A stretch of 48,170 nt of DNA from contig JAUCBJ010002933.1 in the NCBI GenBank assembly GCA_032718475.1, positions 1 to 48,170 of the forward strand, read 5' to 3'. Positions 1 through 12,729 of this stretch are shown in pieces; within the stretch, counting starts at the first letter, position 1, and every line of letters begins with the position of its first letter. The DNA comes from Nemertoderma westbladi (taxonomy: Eukaryota; Animalia; Xenacoelomorpha). The translations under genes were made by a program, and so were the position numbers. The notes beneath the pieces were generated by a model. It worked only from the letters and a program-made list of their open reading frames with translations. It was not told where the DNA came from and did no database searches.

Positions 1-821
1 CAGCCATTGCTGTAATTAGTGATGGCAGAGACGGCTGATCATCAGCCATGCAGCCATGGTAGCCATAGCCTGGTCTTCCTCTATAAGCGATGTGGGTTTT
101 CATGGAAGAAAATTCACTACACCAAGTTTTCCTTTTTTAATGCCTTTGTTGGGACTCACACCTTTCCGTTTTCCGGCATTGACGCTTACTTCAGGTACTC
201 CTAATTGCACCATCTCTTGCCTGTAGTCGGACATCCGACTTTGTAATTTTAGTACCCAAAGTTGAATCCCTGTTTTATCGAGAGGATCTTTCGATTTAAG
301 TACAGGAAAATTCTCAACCAACAACCCTGCCACAAATTCGAACTGGTATTGCTTTGGATATGGGGCGAATTTAAACATCTCCTGTACGCTGTACCAGTGG
401 GGTCAACAAGGAAGACTTTCGCTTCTTCATACATACTAGTTCCGAAACCTCTTTGAGGCCATCTATCCGCTTCACCACATCCAGCCCGTAGTCTGGAAAA
501 GAAAATGTACATTCAAAGGCTGCCGAAGTATGCTGCCGAATCCGAGCCTGAGACTATCCGATGGACAAGCATCTTCCCCATGCGGATTTAGATTAACACT
601 GCCACTAGCTGACTAGCGATTGGAACATTGCAACTAGCAATTGCGTCCTGTCGTGCCGACTTTACCAGCCACTGCTGAGCAACTTGGAATTTTAACGATA
701 ATAATGTCTCCTCAGGTATTAATTGAAGAACTTGTATACTTTTAATACCTGCATCTTTAAATTTATTAACAGTATCATCTGTAAATTAGTATCTTGCCAG
801 GAACTCATTCCATGCATCCAT
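1..821 (-). pseudogene. Degenerate SAM-domain / SAMD3-like gene (often transposon-associated); runs off the window start
   Basis: Manual translation from ATG at 821 gives MDAWNEFLARY*FTDDTVNKFKDAGIKSIQVLQLIPEETLLSLKF (SAM-like). ORF 100-378 has YP...VAGLLVENFPVLK...W..KL..RMSDYR...GVPEVSVNAGKRK...VNFLP, resembling SAMD3-like proteins. Stops and frameshifts present. Confidence 0.5.
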
Positions 822-1805
822 TATAAAGATAAACCTCAGAATAATCATAAATATACAATGCAACAATAGTTTAAATTGATTACACGATACACATTTGGCC
901 TAAGCTATGTCAGTATATACAGCACAGCTGCAGGCTGCAGCCGTTTACAGTCAGACAGTACCGGTACTGGTCTGCCGGTACCGCAGTCTGGCAGTACCAG
1001 TATCGAAATAATATAAACCTGTCTGCCGGTCCTTTCAGTCTTTAGGCCTTCCAGTCAGCCAGTGACAACGTTACCTCACCTCTGTCGGTACTACAGTACT
1101 GCATGCACTTCGAACAGGCAGTAGGCAGACCAGACAGCCAGATTCAGACTACTGTCTGACTCTGACTGTACTGCTGTAACAGTCTGACAGTACCGCCACC
1201 AGGCTGTACCGGCATTATTAATTCTGTAATTAGGGTACGGTACCCATTGCTCAGGGTACCGGCAGACCGGTTCCGGTACCTTACCACACTACCGGTCTGC
1301 TCTCTGCTCTGCTGGCTGGCTGGTTGCAGTAGTCCTACTGACCAGTAGTCCAGTAGCCCGCTGACCATTACCGTGAATTGGGGCTACTTTGATCAATTTA
1401 CGACTATCCTTGCCTTCCCACATCGACTGGGATATGTTTCGGTTATAAAAACATTATCAACATGCATTTCACTAATTCCAACCATAAAAAAATTGGTTGG
1501 ATGCAGTGGAATGTTTTTTTTTATATTTTTTCAACTGATCAATGTTACCCCATGGGTGGGGCGGGGCTAATTTGATCACCCTTTATTTCCAATCAAAAAT
1601 CAATGTAGCCTCATCTATGGGGCTTTATTGATCACTTAACATAGTTTCCCACTCCTTAAAATGTTTTAAAATCTAGATTTTTCTAATATATATGTATCTA
1701 TCTATATTACTACTTACTAGCCTATGCATGTAGCCTTCTGGTAATGCATAATTTCTGTGACATCTCGGATCTTCATAAAATCGTTTGAAATCGTTTGACA
1801 GCCAA

Positions 1806-1951
1806 TGACTTCCTCAAACGCCTGCTCAAGGACACAGGACTTGAGAACAGGAATGAACTGGGAAAGTGTATGGCTGACCGCGAGATCTGGGGGCGCTACG
1901 TTGCTGGGTCTGCCGGCCCTGCACCTTAGTGCAAGCCGATCATCGTCATCA
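1806..1951 (+). mobile_element. 5'-truncated 3' end of an RTE-like LINE inside the pogo element
   Basis: GC-rich island in AT-rich UTR translating DFLKRLLKDTGLENRNELGKCMADREIWGRYVAGSAGPAP*, like RTE ORF2 C-termini (DTGL...DR..W), followed by a short (CAT)n-like tail. Confidence 0.5.
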
Positions 1952-2288
1952 TGCAGAGGCGCACGCTATTTTGTTGTTATGTTACAAAACTCAGATTGAT
2001 TCTGTCTGATTGCATTCATATACCATTTACAAATTTAGAATTTAAACAAAACAAAAATTAACAAAAAAATTTTATAAAGTGATAGTACTGTACTGTATTG
2101 CATAAAATTAATTGCATATGAGTAGGCTTATTGCAGTTTCTTTAGGGCGATAATATTACAGTATTATTGCATAAAATTAATTGCATATTTTAAGTTGGCT
2201 ATTGCACAGTTTAGGTGAGACTCGAATTTAAAATGGCTGAACTGATGAGTTATGAAGATCACACAGACCAGTTGTGGGGCGAGTTGCT

Positions 2289-3886
2289 CTACTGGCAACA
2301 GTAATAGGGCTCATCGTCTCCTTCACTATAGAGCTCCGGTGGTACACAATCTCCACAGTACCATTTCTCGCACAGGTCACACATGACCCAATTTGGTTGA
2401 TTATCATCTCTATTCTCCCAAGAGAGATCGCAGTCGGCACAGGTGGATTCTGACACTGATGGGACAGTAGCTAGACAAAGAGCAGGGCCAATAATTGCGT
2501 CAGAAACAGATGATGTTGGTGTACTCGTGGTTATCCCAGAAGTTCCTGCTAAATCAGCTACAGTGATGGCTCTTCCAGGAGTAACCCTCCTTCCTCGTGA
2601 CTGACGTTCTACTGTGGCAGAACGTGTACTTCCTTGGAGCTCAGATTTCAGAATCTCGATAACTGCATCGTTAATGCAACTATATCTATCCAAATCCACA
2701 TTGGGATGTTTTGGGATATGGCGCAGTGCCTTCTCTTTATCTAAGGGGGAGATCCCACACGAACTAAACCCCTTCCTTATATTTGATTGGCTTGTTGCTG
2801 AAAGCTTACCATGAAGACGTTTCAACAAAGAGGGGAACTGCGTCTTGGGTATAGCACCCTTTATTCTGCTTTCCCTTCTCCATTCTGCTAAAATCTTACG
2901 CCATGCAGTTTTGGCAGGTTTAAAAAAAGCAACATCCAATGGTTGCAGAATATGGGTAGTGTTCGGTGGAAGCGGGACAAAGCGGATATTGTTCTCTTCG
3001 CATGACTTCACTACATCTACAGACATGTGAGATCCAAGGTTGTCGCCAATAAGGAATTTACGACCAGGCAGATGTTCAATGGATGGTTTGTATACTTCAA
3101 AAAACCAGGTTTCAAATCTATCCATTGTAAACCATCCAGATTCTGTGCTGCTGTAGAAAGCTCCCTCTGGTCCCCCAAGTTTCCAACCTTCATACATGTT
3201 CTTAGCTTTGTGAACGACCATAACTGGGTTCATGGTGCCATCTGCTGATCCGCTATACATCACAGAAGTCATTTGCTTCAAATTATCGATAACTCTCTCC
3301 ACTCGTTTTGCTCCCCTCCGACATATAACGCGCTTGGTTCCAGGTTCATTCGAGAATCCAGTTTCATCGTAGTTACATATGTTTTCTGGAGGAACACCGT
3401 CAATCTCATTTTTCAGTTCACTGAAAAAGTTGTCATGGTCTTCTCCGAAATCTTAGCCCGGGCTGGCTTGATATTAGACGCAAAACGCTGTGTCATATTG
3501 TGACGATTAAGAAAACCTCTGACCCACTCAACTCCTGGTAAATTATCCTGAAACTGATCTACTGTAAGCCCTTGCTTGTTTAGGAAATTTCGGGTAAGTT
3601 GTTGTACTTCGAAATGATCCATGGGCTTTTTCCACACCACAAATGTGTCTATGGCGTCCGCTATCCTTTTCTCATCAGCTAGGATTATGGCAGGGGGATG
3701 ACCAACTGATTCCTAATGTCGTTTGTTAACGTGGTTCCAAATAGTTCCATAAGATATCTTGAACCTCCTCGACGCCTTTCTTATACCCATTCCATTTCCA
3801 ATTGCAGAAACAGCTTTACTCAGGGCATCTTTGGTAAAATTCTTGTAGGTCCGCGCACCCAGTGGGGTCTTATAGTGTCGAACCAT
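2289..3886 (-). pseudogene. Disrupted pogo-like transposase: HTH, CENP-B-type HTH, DDE_1 domain and C-terminal PHD-like finger
   Basis: MVRHYK...GIRKASRRFKISYGTI (HTH); PGVEWVRGFLNRH; NYDETG; GDNLGSH...QPLD with 35 residues between the last two Asp; C-terminal CADC...CDLCEKWYCGDC...YYCC. One in-frame stop and frameshifts split it into ORFs 3413-3640 and 2289-3302. Confidence 0.88.
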
Positions 3887-5329
3887 GACAGTTCTGTAGC
3901 ATAGACTTCAGCAGTTCCTATAGGCCTACGAAAGGGCTAGCACCTGCTGCTGCTAGAATGATAGGCCTAGATACCAGTACAGGGCTTACAGTTCACAGTT
4001 GTACCCTTAACAGTCAGACAGTAGGTCTAATACGTGTAAAAAAATATGGCCTAGTGGCCTACTACCGGTAGCCTAATCCAGTAATCAGTACCTAACTGCC
4101 TAAGATGCTAGATTATATTCATTAGGTATATTCAGCTTATTCATCATGTGAGGGATGTAATTAGCTTAATATGTGTATAAATTTCCACTTGCCACAACAA
4201 GGTGATCAAAATTTCCCCACCCGATCAAAGTTTCCCCAGGGATCAAAGTAGCCCCAATTCACGGTACATTGCTGCACTGTCTGGCCGTTACATTGCTGCA
4301 CTGTCTGACTAAATAGGTCATCTGTCTGTCTGTATGCTGTAGGCTGAGACAATCAGACATTACTGCATTACAGCATTAGCTAGTAATAGCAGCTACCGGT
4401 CAGCCGGTGACCGGTACAACTGTAGAACAGTAGAAACCCAGAAACCTACTCCTGCCCTGCGCCAGCACTAGTTTCTATAATTATTGTAGGTATGCCTACA
4501 GCAGTACAGCTGTACAGACGACAGACAGACAGATGTAGATTAAGATATTTCTCTATTAGGCCTACTGCTGTACTGCATAGTAGCTACCGGTACAGCCAGA
4601 CAGCTGCACTGCAAACTGCAACAGTTATAATAACAGAGAATGCATTAATGTACCGTACTGAAATAAAATGTATACAATGTGACCGACCGCCGGAATTCAA
4701 ATCTGCCTCCAATTTAATCATATTTCGGTTAATTAGGATTTTCCTTAAATAATTTATGGTCAAAAATTTGCAATTTCTGGTGAAAATATACAAGATGTCA
4801 TAAAGCCACAGGCCATAAAATAATTATGGCGAAACACCTAATGTTGTTTATGAAAACTTAACTTAATCATACGGTGAAATTTATTCGTGATTATGTTAAA
4901 AGGTGATTTACCATATAGAATACGGCCAATTTATGTGGCATTAACTAAGGTAAGGTAGTTCACTGAATGATTTTTTACAGTGTATGAATCGGATTCATCA
5001 GCTGGATCATATCCATATCTCCTCCTCTGGGTCCGTTGTCTTTGGTAGTATTTCGATGCCATTCCCCCATAAAAATGCCCCTATTTATTAGTTTCTACCT
5101 AATAAATTTATGTACTACTGGTGTACCGGCAACCGGTAGTTGTACAGTAAGTAATTAAAATAAACAATAACACTGTTTCTGGTTTGAAAATCCCGCCAAT
5201 CTTGGTAGGGTGCAATTGGATATGACCAAGAACAGTGCGGCAAACCTATAGTATGCCCCTACTACTGTCCTAGTGCAATCTGTTAGCCGCAATACTCAGT
5301 AAGATACAATGGAGTAGATCTAGGCCCTA

Positions 5330-6570
5330 GGACACTACCAGGTGGACTAGATCTAGTCCCCAGACCGGAAAGGGTTAAGGGGGATAACATCGGGTGGCCT
5401 ACAGGATAACCCTGTTAGCATAAAGACCTTCGCGAACAAGGTCGAGAAGGCGTTAATCGTGCTGAAGACGCTAGACGCGCCATACAAACTCAATGCATCT
5501 AATAACATCACCACGATAGCGCAGGCACTGCCGATCTGGCTGCGGAGCAAGTGGAGGAAGATCGCCTTCTCCACTCGGGAGAAGAAAGGTGCAGAGCCAG
5601 GGCTAGAGGAAATGTCGAACTTCCTCAATTACAAAGCAGAGTTGATTACAGACCCAGTCTATAGTGAGGATAGTTTGGGGAAGGCGCCGAAGACCGAATA
5701 CAGCAGGCCTAAACCCGAACACAATCCTGCAGATCCATTCCCGAGAGTAAGACAGTCGCTACCACACGTGGCCACACAGGGGGCTACAAGCCCACAGTTA
5801 GCTGGGAGTAGGGCCACACCGTGGCAGGGACAGAAAGAAAATAACACCACAAATAAACATAATCCCAACATACCCAGATAACCAAAACACTAAATCTGTA
5901 GATATAAACCTACGCGCAATACGTGAAGGACTATACAGGGAACGCTACAATCCGGGATTTGAATGTCAGTTGCATAGGGATGGAACCCATAAGACCATGA
6001 GTTGCAAGCATTGGCAAGCGTTGCCCAAACAAGATCGTGTAGCCTACACAGACGCAAACGGACTATGTCATCGTTGTGTGGTAGAAGGACACAGATCCGA
6101 AGAGTGTAGAGAAACAGCAATGGGGGACGATGAGACTGGAGGCCAAACGATGGCTACGAGCACAACAGTAGCAAGAAGAAAGAGGAAAGTACTACTCGGG
6201 GTAGTAACAGTGAAGATAACAGGGAGGGGCGGCCGATCAGTCACAACATTAATGCTGGTCGACAGCGGTGCAGCCTTCACACTGGTGGATAATTGGGTGG
6301 CCAAAGAGATAGGGCTAAAGACGAGCCCGAGTAGGATGGCGGTAACTACCATCTCAAGTAAGGATGAGGTCCTGGAGATGAGGACGGGACGGTGCAAGAT
6401 ATCAGCGATTGCACCGGGATGTGACTATGGGGCGACCATCGACCCCATTCAGATCATAGAATCGATCAATATTAATGCCAGGAGACCAACCAACATCGAG
6501 GTCGAGCAGTACCGGTTCCTGGACGATATCGATTTTTCAATACCGGAGGTGGACGTGATTAAAGTGAATG
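5330..6570 (+). pseudogene. BEL/Pao gag-protease relic
   Basis: LPIWLRSKWRK and EMSNFL gag motifs, zinc knuckle CHRCVVEGHRSEEC, aspartic protease motif LVDSGA; split across ORFs 5459-5881 and 5970-6575. Confidence 0.8.
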
Positions 6571-6826
6571 AATAAAGTATGCGGGGGCGGTTTGCTGTGG
6601 GTTAAAGGGGACCAGAGGCCAATGCCCCTGGCCTGGCCGTCTGGGCCATTGAGGGTTACGCTTTCATGCCTGACGTCTTCGATGGAGACGGGCAACGTGT
6701 ACTGCCACATGCGTTTCTCTCCACGTCGCTCTTCTTCACAGGAGAGCAACAAAAAGTAAGTTTTTTAATTTATAGTTTAAAACAATAATTAAACCTATTC
6801 AAAAATGAGATAAAAAAATTCACTAA

Positions 6827-7544
6827 CCCTATGAGACTCGAATTAGGTTCCCATCATTAGCAAAAATATTTTTGGTTTTTAACAGGTTATTTTAGATTTA
6901 AATAACATAATTTGTTAAAGGTGAAATTTATTCGAACTTTTTACTTTACTTTCACTACCATATTGAATTGCCGCATGTGTTGTATTGGCCACAGGGTATC
7001 AAAGAGTGAGGATTATTGCAAATAAATATTTATAGTTACCTAATTAGCATTTATCTTTTGTTTTAAATTTAAATCTATGTAATAATTATGTACCAAGTGG
7101 CACGGTAAGGTTCGACCTTTTCGGTTTCATACAGACAACACAGCCATAGACTCAAAAAAATTGCATCCTGTTATAGAAATTGAAGTAATCGGGCAGCATC
7201 TAACGTGAGAAAATCATAAAAATGGGGTGTAAACGCTACGCCGTCAACCAATTTATGTTATTTATTAATTGAGGGAAAGAAACAGGTTACAGTGGAAGTT
7301 TATTCTAACCAAAACAATACATGAGAGTAACGAACTTAGGTTACATTTTAATATTTGCTGTTGTTGGCAGTGGTTGTCGCTTGTCGGCGTAGCATGTACA
7401 CACTAAAAATGGACATGTTATTGGCTGCCTTTATATGGCTTACTGGACATGTCAGATGGCAGTATATAAATATAATATTGCTTTTCCACAGTACCCTCTA
7501 AATGTGGCAGGCCCGTATAGGATAGGGCCTATGTTCTCAAAGGG
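6827..7544. mobile_element. Possible piggyBac-type MITE
   Basis: Ends CTAA|CCCTATGAGA and TCTCAAAGGG|TTAA (9/10 inverted match, TTAA-like flanks); AT-rich non-coding interior. Confidence 0.4.
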
Positions 7545-7999
7545 TTAACTTTATAATGAACTTATGTTTAATATTTTCAGACGCAACAACAGGTGGTCCC
7601 ACATCTTGAGGCCCAGGACCACATAAACAGGGAGGTTCAACAGTATGGAGATAGAGGGTGGTACATCCTCGACTGGGGAAAGTCAGGGTGACGAAAGTGG
7701 GAAACATCGAGGGTGTGCCAGAAGCCGCTCGCCTTCACATCGCCCGCATTGTTCCCACAGACCCTCTCTTCAACTTTAATGTTTACGTGGTCGGGGCTGG
7801 GGCTGGGGGAGTGCCTGGGGGTGAAGGCATTGCAGGGGCAGGGGTCGCGGCTTGTGCTGGGGGTGGGGCCGGGGCTGGGGCCATGGCCGGGGGCGGGGCA
7901 GGGGTGGGGCCAGCAGGGCCGGGGTGGGGCCAGAGGCAGGGACGGGGGCGGGGCCAGTGGTGGAGCCGGGGGCGGAGCCATGGATGAAAATGGATGATA

Positions 8000-8850
8000 A
8001 AAAGCCATGGATGACCTCTGGAATAATTAAATCATGAATATAAAAAAATAGTATGTACGCAGCTCTATCAAAAAACCAAACTGATGAAAAACTTAACGAA
8101 TATAACAAATACTGTAATAAATTCACAAAAATCATAAAATTAGCCGAAAGAACATATTATGCAAATGAATTTGAGAAAAACAAGAACAACATGCGAAAAA
8201 CATGGACTACTATAAACTCAGCGTTACACCGAACAAAAACGAAAACGTCACCTAAGAAACTAATTTTAACGGACAATAACGGTAATGAACATGAGACTAC
8301 TGATACCAAGGAGATTTGCAGTGTATTTAATAACCACTTTGCTACAATAGGATCTCGATTTGCACAAGACATACCTACTACAACCAATAACCCAACACGT
8401 TACATAAATCATAAAAAACCCAACTCGTTTTCACTTGTTCAAACCTCAAACGCTGAAACCATTTACAATATATTACATCTTAACTCCTCAACCGCAACAT
8501 ACGATAGCTTTCCTATAACCATAGTTAAAGTAGCAGCACGATATCGAACCCCATCTAACATATCTTATAAATTTCTCTATTAAAACCGGTTCATTCCCCA
8601 CCACTCTTAAATCAGCCAAAATTACACCAATCAAAGTCCGGCGACCCATCTGATAAAAATAATTACAGGCCAATCTCATTACTGTCTGTTTTCAGCAAAA
8701 TATTTGAACGCGTAATAAATTCCCAATTAATTTCTTATTTAGACAAGTACTCTATACTCTTACAGTATCAATACGATTCAGAAAACACTCCACAACAACA
8801 GACGCCCTACTGACTGTAACTGAAAGACTACAAAATATTCTAGAACTGCA
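8000..8850 (+). pseudogene. LINE (CR1/L2-like) ORF2 fragment: linker and start of RT
   Basis: KPWMTSGII...YNKYCNKFTKIIKLAERTYY...RKTWTTIN...FNNHFATIG, then LKSAKITPI and NYRPISLLSVFSKIFERVI; several frameshifts. Confidence 0.85.
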
Positions 8851-9565
8851 AGAATCGGCCTTTTTGAACCCAAAATGAGACCCAAAAGGCCAGAACACCT
8901 CTAAGAAAGCCTACAATAAGAATTATTCGCATATACTTAGCAATCTATCGCATCGCGATTAGGCTGAAGTCTTGGCTTGTGAAATACAGGCCTCACAATA
9001 CAGTAGCTTCATAATACTGATAATTTGGTCTTAAAAGTCAAAGTTAAAACAGGCCTCTAGCTGTCTAGTACAACTAAATCTACCATTGTGGTTCCAATGA
9101 AACCAAAATGAGTCACAAAGCACCACTAAACGAGCACCATGACACTATGGGGTATTTTTATACCCCATCTTACCTAACTAAGTTGTTTTCAAATTAAGGG
9201 CCCATAACATTTTTCATAAACAAAATTTTATGGGTTTGACCCACACAATCGTTAGATTACAAGTTTTTTGGAAGATACTATGAAGTTGGACATACATATT
9301 ATGAGAGATTGTCGAAAAATATCAAAAGTAATCCTCTTGGGGTATTATTTTACCCCACGTTACCGGGTGAGGGTTAAAAGATAATTTCGACCAGTTCTCC
9401 AAGCCAAAATAATATATTTTCCTTCTCAGCTAATTTGTTGGAGCCATTTTCGGATAGGAAAGTGACTCAAGGGTCATAAAATCCACAAGGTTGACTTTTG
9501 GGCAGCAACTAAGAAATTTAAATAACACTTAATTCGAAGATCTGCCAAAATGTTGTTATCAGATT

Positions 9566-9965
9566 TTGATAAACGATACAAAGCGAAAGAAAGATAAACT
9601 ACCAACCTACTACAGGCAGCAGGTAGTTGGGAAAAGAGGAAGGACTGTGCCAGCACTAATTACTAAAGATATGATTCGTACCATCAGAATTATTATTAAT
9701 ATAAACTACAGACCAGCCGTTGATACTTTGCATGTGCCAACTATTGTAGTGAAATCTACATTACTGGTCATGATGAATTGTCATTCAGAATTAGCAGGAT
9801 TACAGGCTCCAGAAAATATGCTATCAACGAAATTACAGAAACAAATAGCTCAACAAGATCTTGTAGATCCCTTCTTTATCATTTAATTTAAACTAATCAC
9901 ACCATTAGTTTAGGCATATATTATGCCAATTTTAGCAAATTTTATGGATAATCTACATATTCAAA
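9566..9965 (+). pseudogene. Degenerate tyrosine-recombinase-like (Crypton-like) fragment
   Basis: GKRGRTVPALITKDM and PENMLSTKLQKQIA recall the GKRGRKVP...STKLRKHIAT motifs of metazoan YR-like repeat proteins; LANFM follows near 9930. Recognised from memory only. Confidence 0.5.
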
Positions 9966-9987
9966 TTGTACAGGAAGTAAAGGAAAT

Positions 9988-10160
9988 TTATTAATATTGG
10001 GTGATTTTAACGGACACATGGGAACAAGGAAGACGACACAGCATATAAGTCACAACATTATTGGGCAATACAATCTAAGAGATATCAACCAAAATGGAAA
10101 AATACTGCTGGACTTCTACCAGGCTTCCAAATAACCATAGCAAATACATTCTTCAGGTCA
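9988..10160 (+). pseudogene. LINE APE-endonuclease fragment (RTE-like)
   Basis: LLILGDFNGHMG...IIGQY...NQNGKILLDF...IANTFF. Confidence 0.75.
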
Positions 10161-12618
10161 TAAAGGTACTATTGCATATTGCTAGAAGTGGTTTTGGTCT
10201 GTATTGACATGAAAATGATCGGCACCATGTAATTACAGTTTGCATCTCTCAGCTCTCAACTGAATAGCCAATAACTCATGCTCATTAACAACACACCTGG
10301 TTTTAGCATCATTCAAAAATCGTGATCCATACATGATGATCATATAAATATATATGTTTATTGACGCTAGAGGAACATAATTAATTATAATAACAGCACC
10401 AGCACTGCAATACAATAATCCGATATTATATATCATTATGAATCCAAGGCTGTTTTTTCATTTTTTAAGCCTGTTATAATGTCATTAAATCCAAATAGTT
10501 GTCCCCAACATCACATTTGATATTGTTTGGTATCATTGCTAAATTTTTCATCAAAGAGGGATTGGCTGATAATAATAAAGACGGTGAGGGATTGTCTGAT
10601 AATAATAAAGGCACTTCTGAGATCATCATCATTGTTCAAGATTGATTTTGGAAAACTGTAAGCATTAAACTGTATACTTATCACTATAGACAAAGTCGTC
10701 ATCTACCGATCGAACCAAGACTAACTTGGACTTGACTTGAGTTTTAACTCCTTATTATTTAACTCCTATAACTCCTTATGACATGTCATGAGATAATGCT
10801 TCTCTGTCGAGTTGCTATTGGGCTATCCATTCGTGCTTTGAATGCTCAAGGTTTTTGTTCCCAGACTTGGTCCTGGATTCTGTTTAACTGGGAGTTAGCT
10901 GAGATTGCACTTCGGAAATTAGACTCTATTATGCAGTTGTGTGGACCAATCATGGCCCTGCAACAAAGACAGTAATTGAGACTTATAATAAGGGTGAAGG
11001 AAATTGTTCATTCATGCCTAGCCTGGAAACAAAAATGTGCAAAGGGGAGATTCTGAAGATAGGGGGGCCTAACTCGACTAGGCCCGAGGGCTGGTTGCAT
11101 ATGTTTGAGTTAATCTTGTGTCCGTCATCTGGTGTCATGATGACACGCAAGTGCTAACTTACAATTTGTCACCAGTATAGGACCTATCTTATATATATAC
11201 ACCCTAGGGCTACTTGGTTATCTTTAAGGGGAATGTATCATTCCAGGTTCAACAAATTGAATTTATTTTTTAATTGATTCTAAATCAAAATTCTTCCCTG
11301 ATTTTGATAATGAAGACCGTTTTGGAATAGCTTCTCTGGTTCTCGAGATATTAGGAGACAAATGAACCATAGATTTAGGGCTTTTCACAAATTTGTTCAT
11401 AGGACTCTAAATTTTGAAATTTAAAAAAAGTTAAAAGCTACTCAAAACATATTAAGTAATGAAATCAAATTTTTTTAAATAATATTTTTAATTTTAATAA
11501 TAATTATATTAATAATTAATAAAAAACATCATAGCATATAACAATATGCCAATTTTGGAGAAAAAATGGGTCTGGCATTCTCAATTTTGAAATTTAAAAT
11601 GTTAATTAAAAGATCATAAGTGATGATATTAAAAAAAGTTAAAAGCTACTTAAAACATAATAAGTAATGAAATCAAATTTTTTAATTCAATGTCAGTCAC
11701 TCAGGGTGTACCACAACCATCCACAGACAGTACACCACTACCCACTGCATTGACTAAGATGCTGCTATGTTCAACCTCTCAGAGGAGAGCATCAATGGCA
11801 TTACAAACAAATGCTGCTCTGTAAGAAACGTTTGTTGTTTTCCGTTTGTTAATTTGATCGCTTTATTATAAAACCACTCCTCCAACGTTGAGGAGGCAGA
11901 CAATTTATGTGTTGGGTTCTGATCTCGCCCAGTTCTTTGAGGTTGGATGACTGCTACAAGGTTCATGAAAGAATCCTGAATAAGGGAACAGAAGAAAACG
12001 AAACAGATAGGTTTTATAGATTGATTATAGGTATATATATATATAGGTATAGATTATAGGCTGATAGATTGCCATGGGCAATCCTCACCGAAGTGGCATG
12101 CAGCGTCATCGTGTCCGCTTCGGCGTCAGCACCAGGAGAGGCTTGGAGTAAGTTATATAGATAATATTATTATTTTACCGCTACTTTAATGTATCCCCCC
12201 CCCCCCGACCCCCCAATCACATTAATTATTGTATAGTATACTGTGGTACCTACACAGGTGAGGTACACTGGACGCCCCCCCCCCCCCCCCCCCCCCATTC
12301 ACATGTCAATATGTAGCAACGCAGTCAGGGCGAGCTTTAGTGCACAATTATAATTAGAAAATAGGCCAACATTTAATTTCTGTCTGTCCGTCTGTAATGA
12401 AAAATTTATTCGTAAATAACTTTTGAAGATTTTAACCGTTTTCAACTAAATTTTATATGGCTTTTATAATTTTATATTCTAAATTCTATGGGCCACTGAC
12501 GCCCATAGAGATTACACAGATATAACTAGAACTATAGAATATTATAAAAAAAAGGACAAGGATGTTCCCCCCAACCATTGTACTACTTCAATCAATGAAT
12601 TTAAAAAGAACAAAACAC

Positions 12619-12726
12619 AAGCAAACTTAAGTCAAAGAGAAAAGAAAATGAAGCCCTCACCATCTGGCTATAAAGCAAACTTAAGTCAAAGAGAAAAGAA
12701 AATGAAGCCCTCACCATCTGGCTATA
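12619..12726. repeat. 54-bp tandem duplication at the end of a BEL fragment
   Basis: AAGCAAACTTAAGTCAAAGAGAAAAGAAAATGAAGCCCTCACCATCTGGCTATA occurs twice. Confidence 0.9.
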
Positions 12727-12729
12727 TAT

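Larger units (their letters stand above)
1371..4264 (-). mobile_element. pogo-superfamily (DD35D, Fot-like/Passer-type) DNA transposon with both ends
   Basis: Perfect 24-bp TIRs CCGTGAATTGGGGCTACTTTGATC (1371-1394 and 4241-4264), TA on both flanks (1369-70, 4265-66), subterminal GGGG-N-TGATC-type repeats at both ends, internal transposase. Confidence 0.92.

Noticed and set aside
4265-4307. Long TSD of the pogo element
   Set aside because: The 19-bp duplication lies wholly on one flank; the TSD is TA.
9149-9377. piggyBac-like MITE ending GAGGG|TTAA with GGGGTA..TACCCC palindromes
   Set aside because: Only one end is identifiable.
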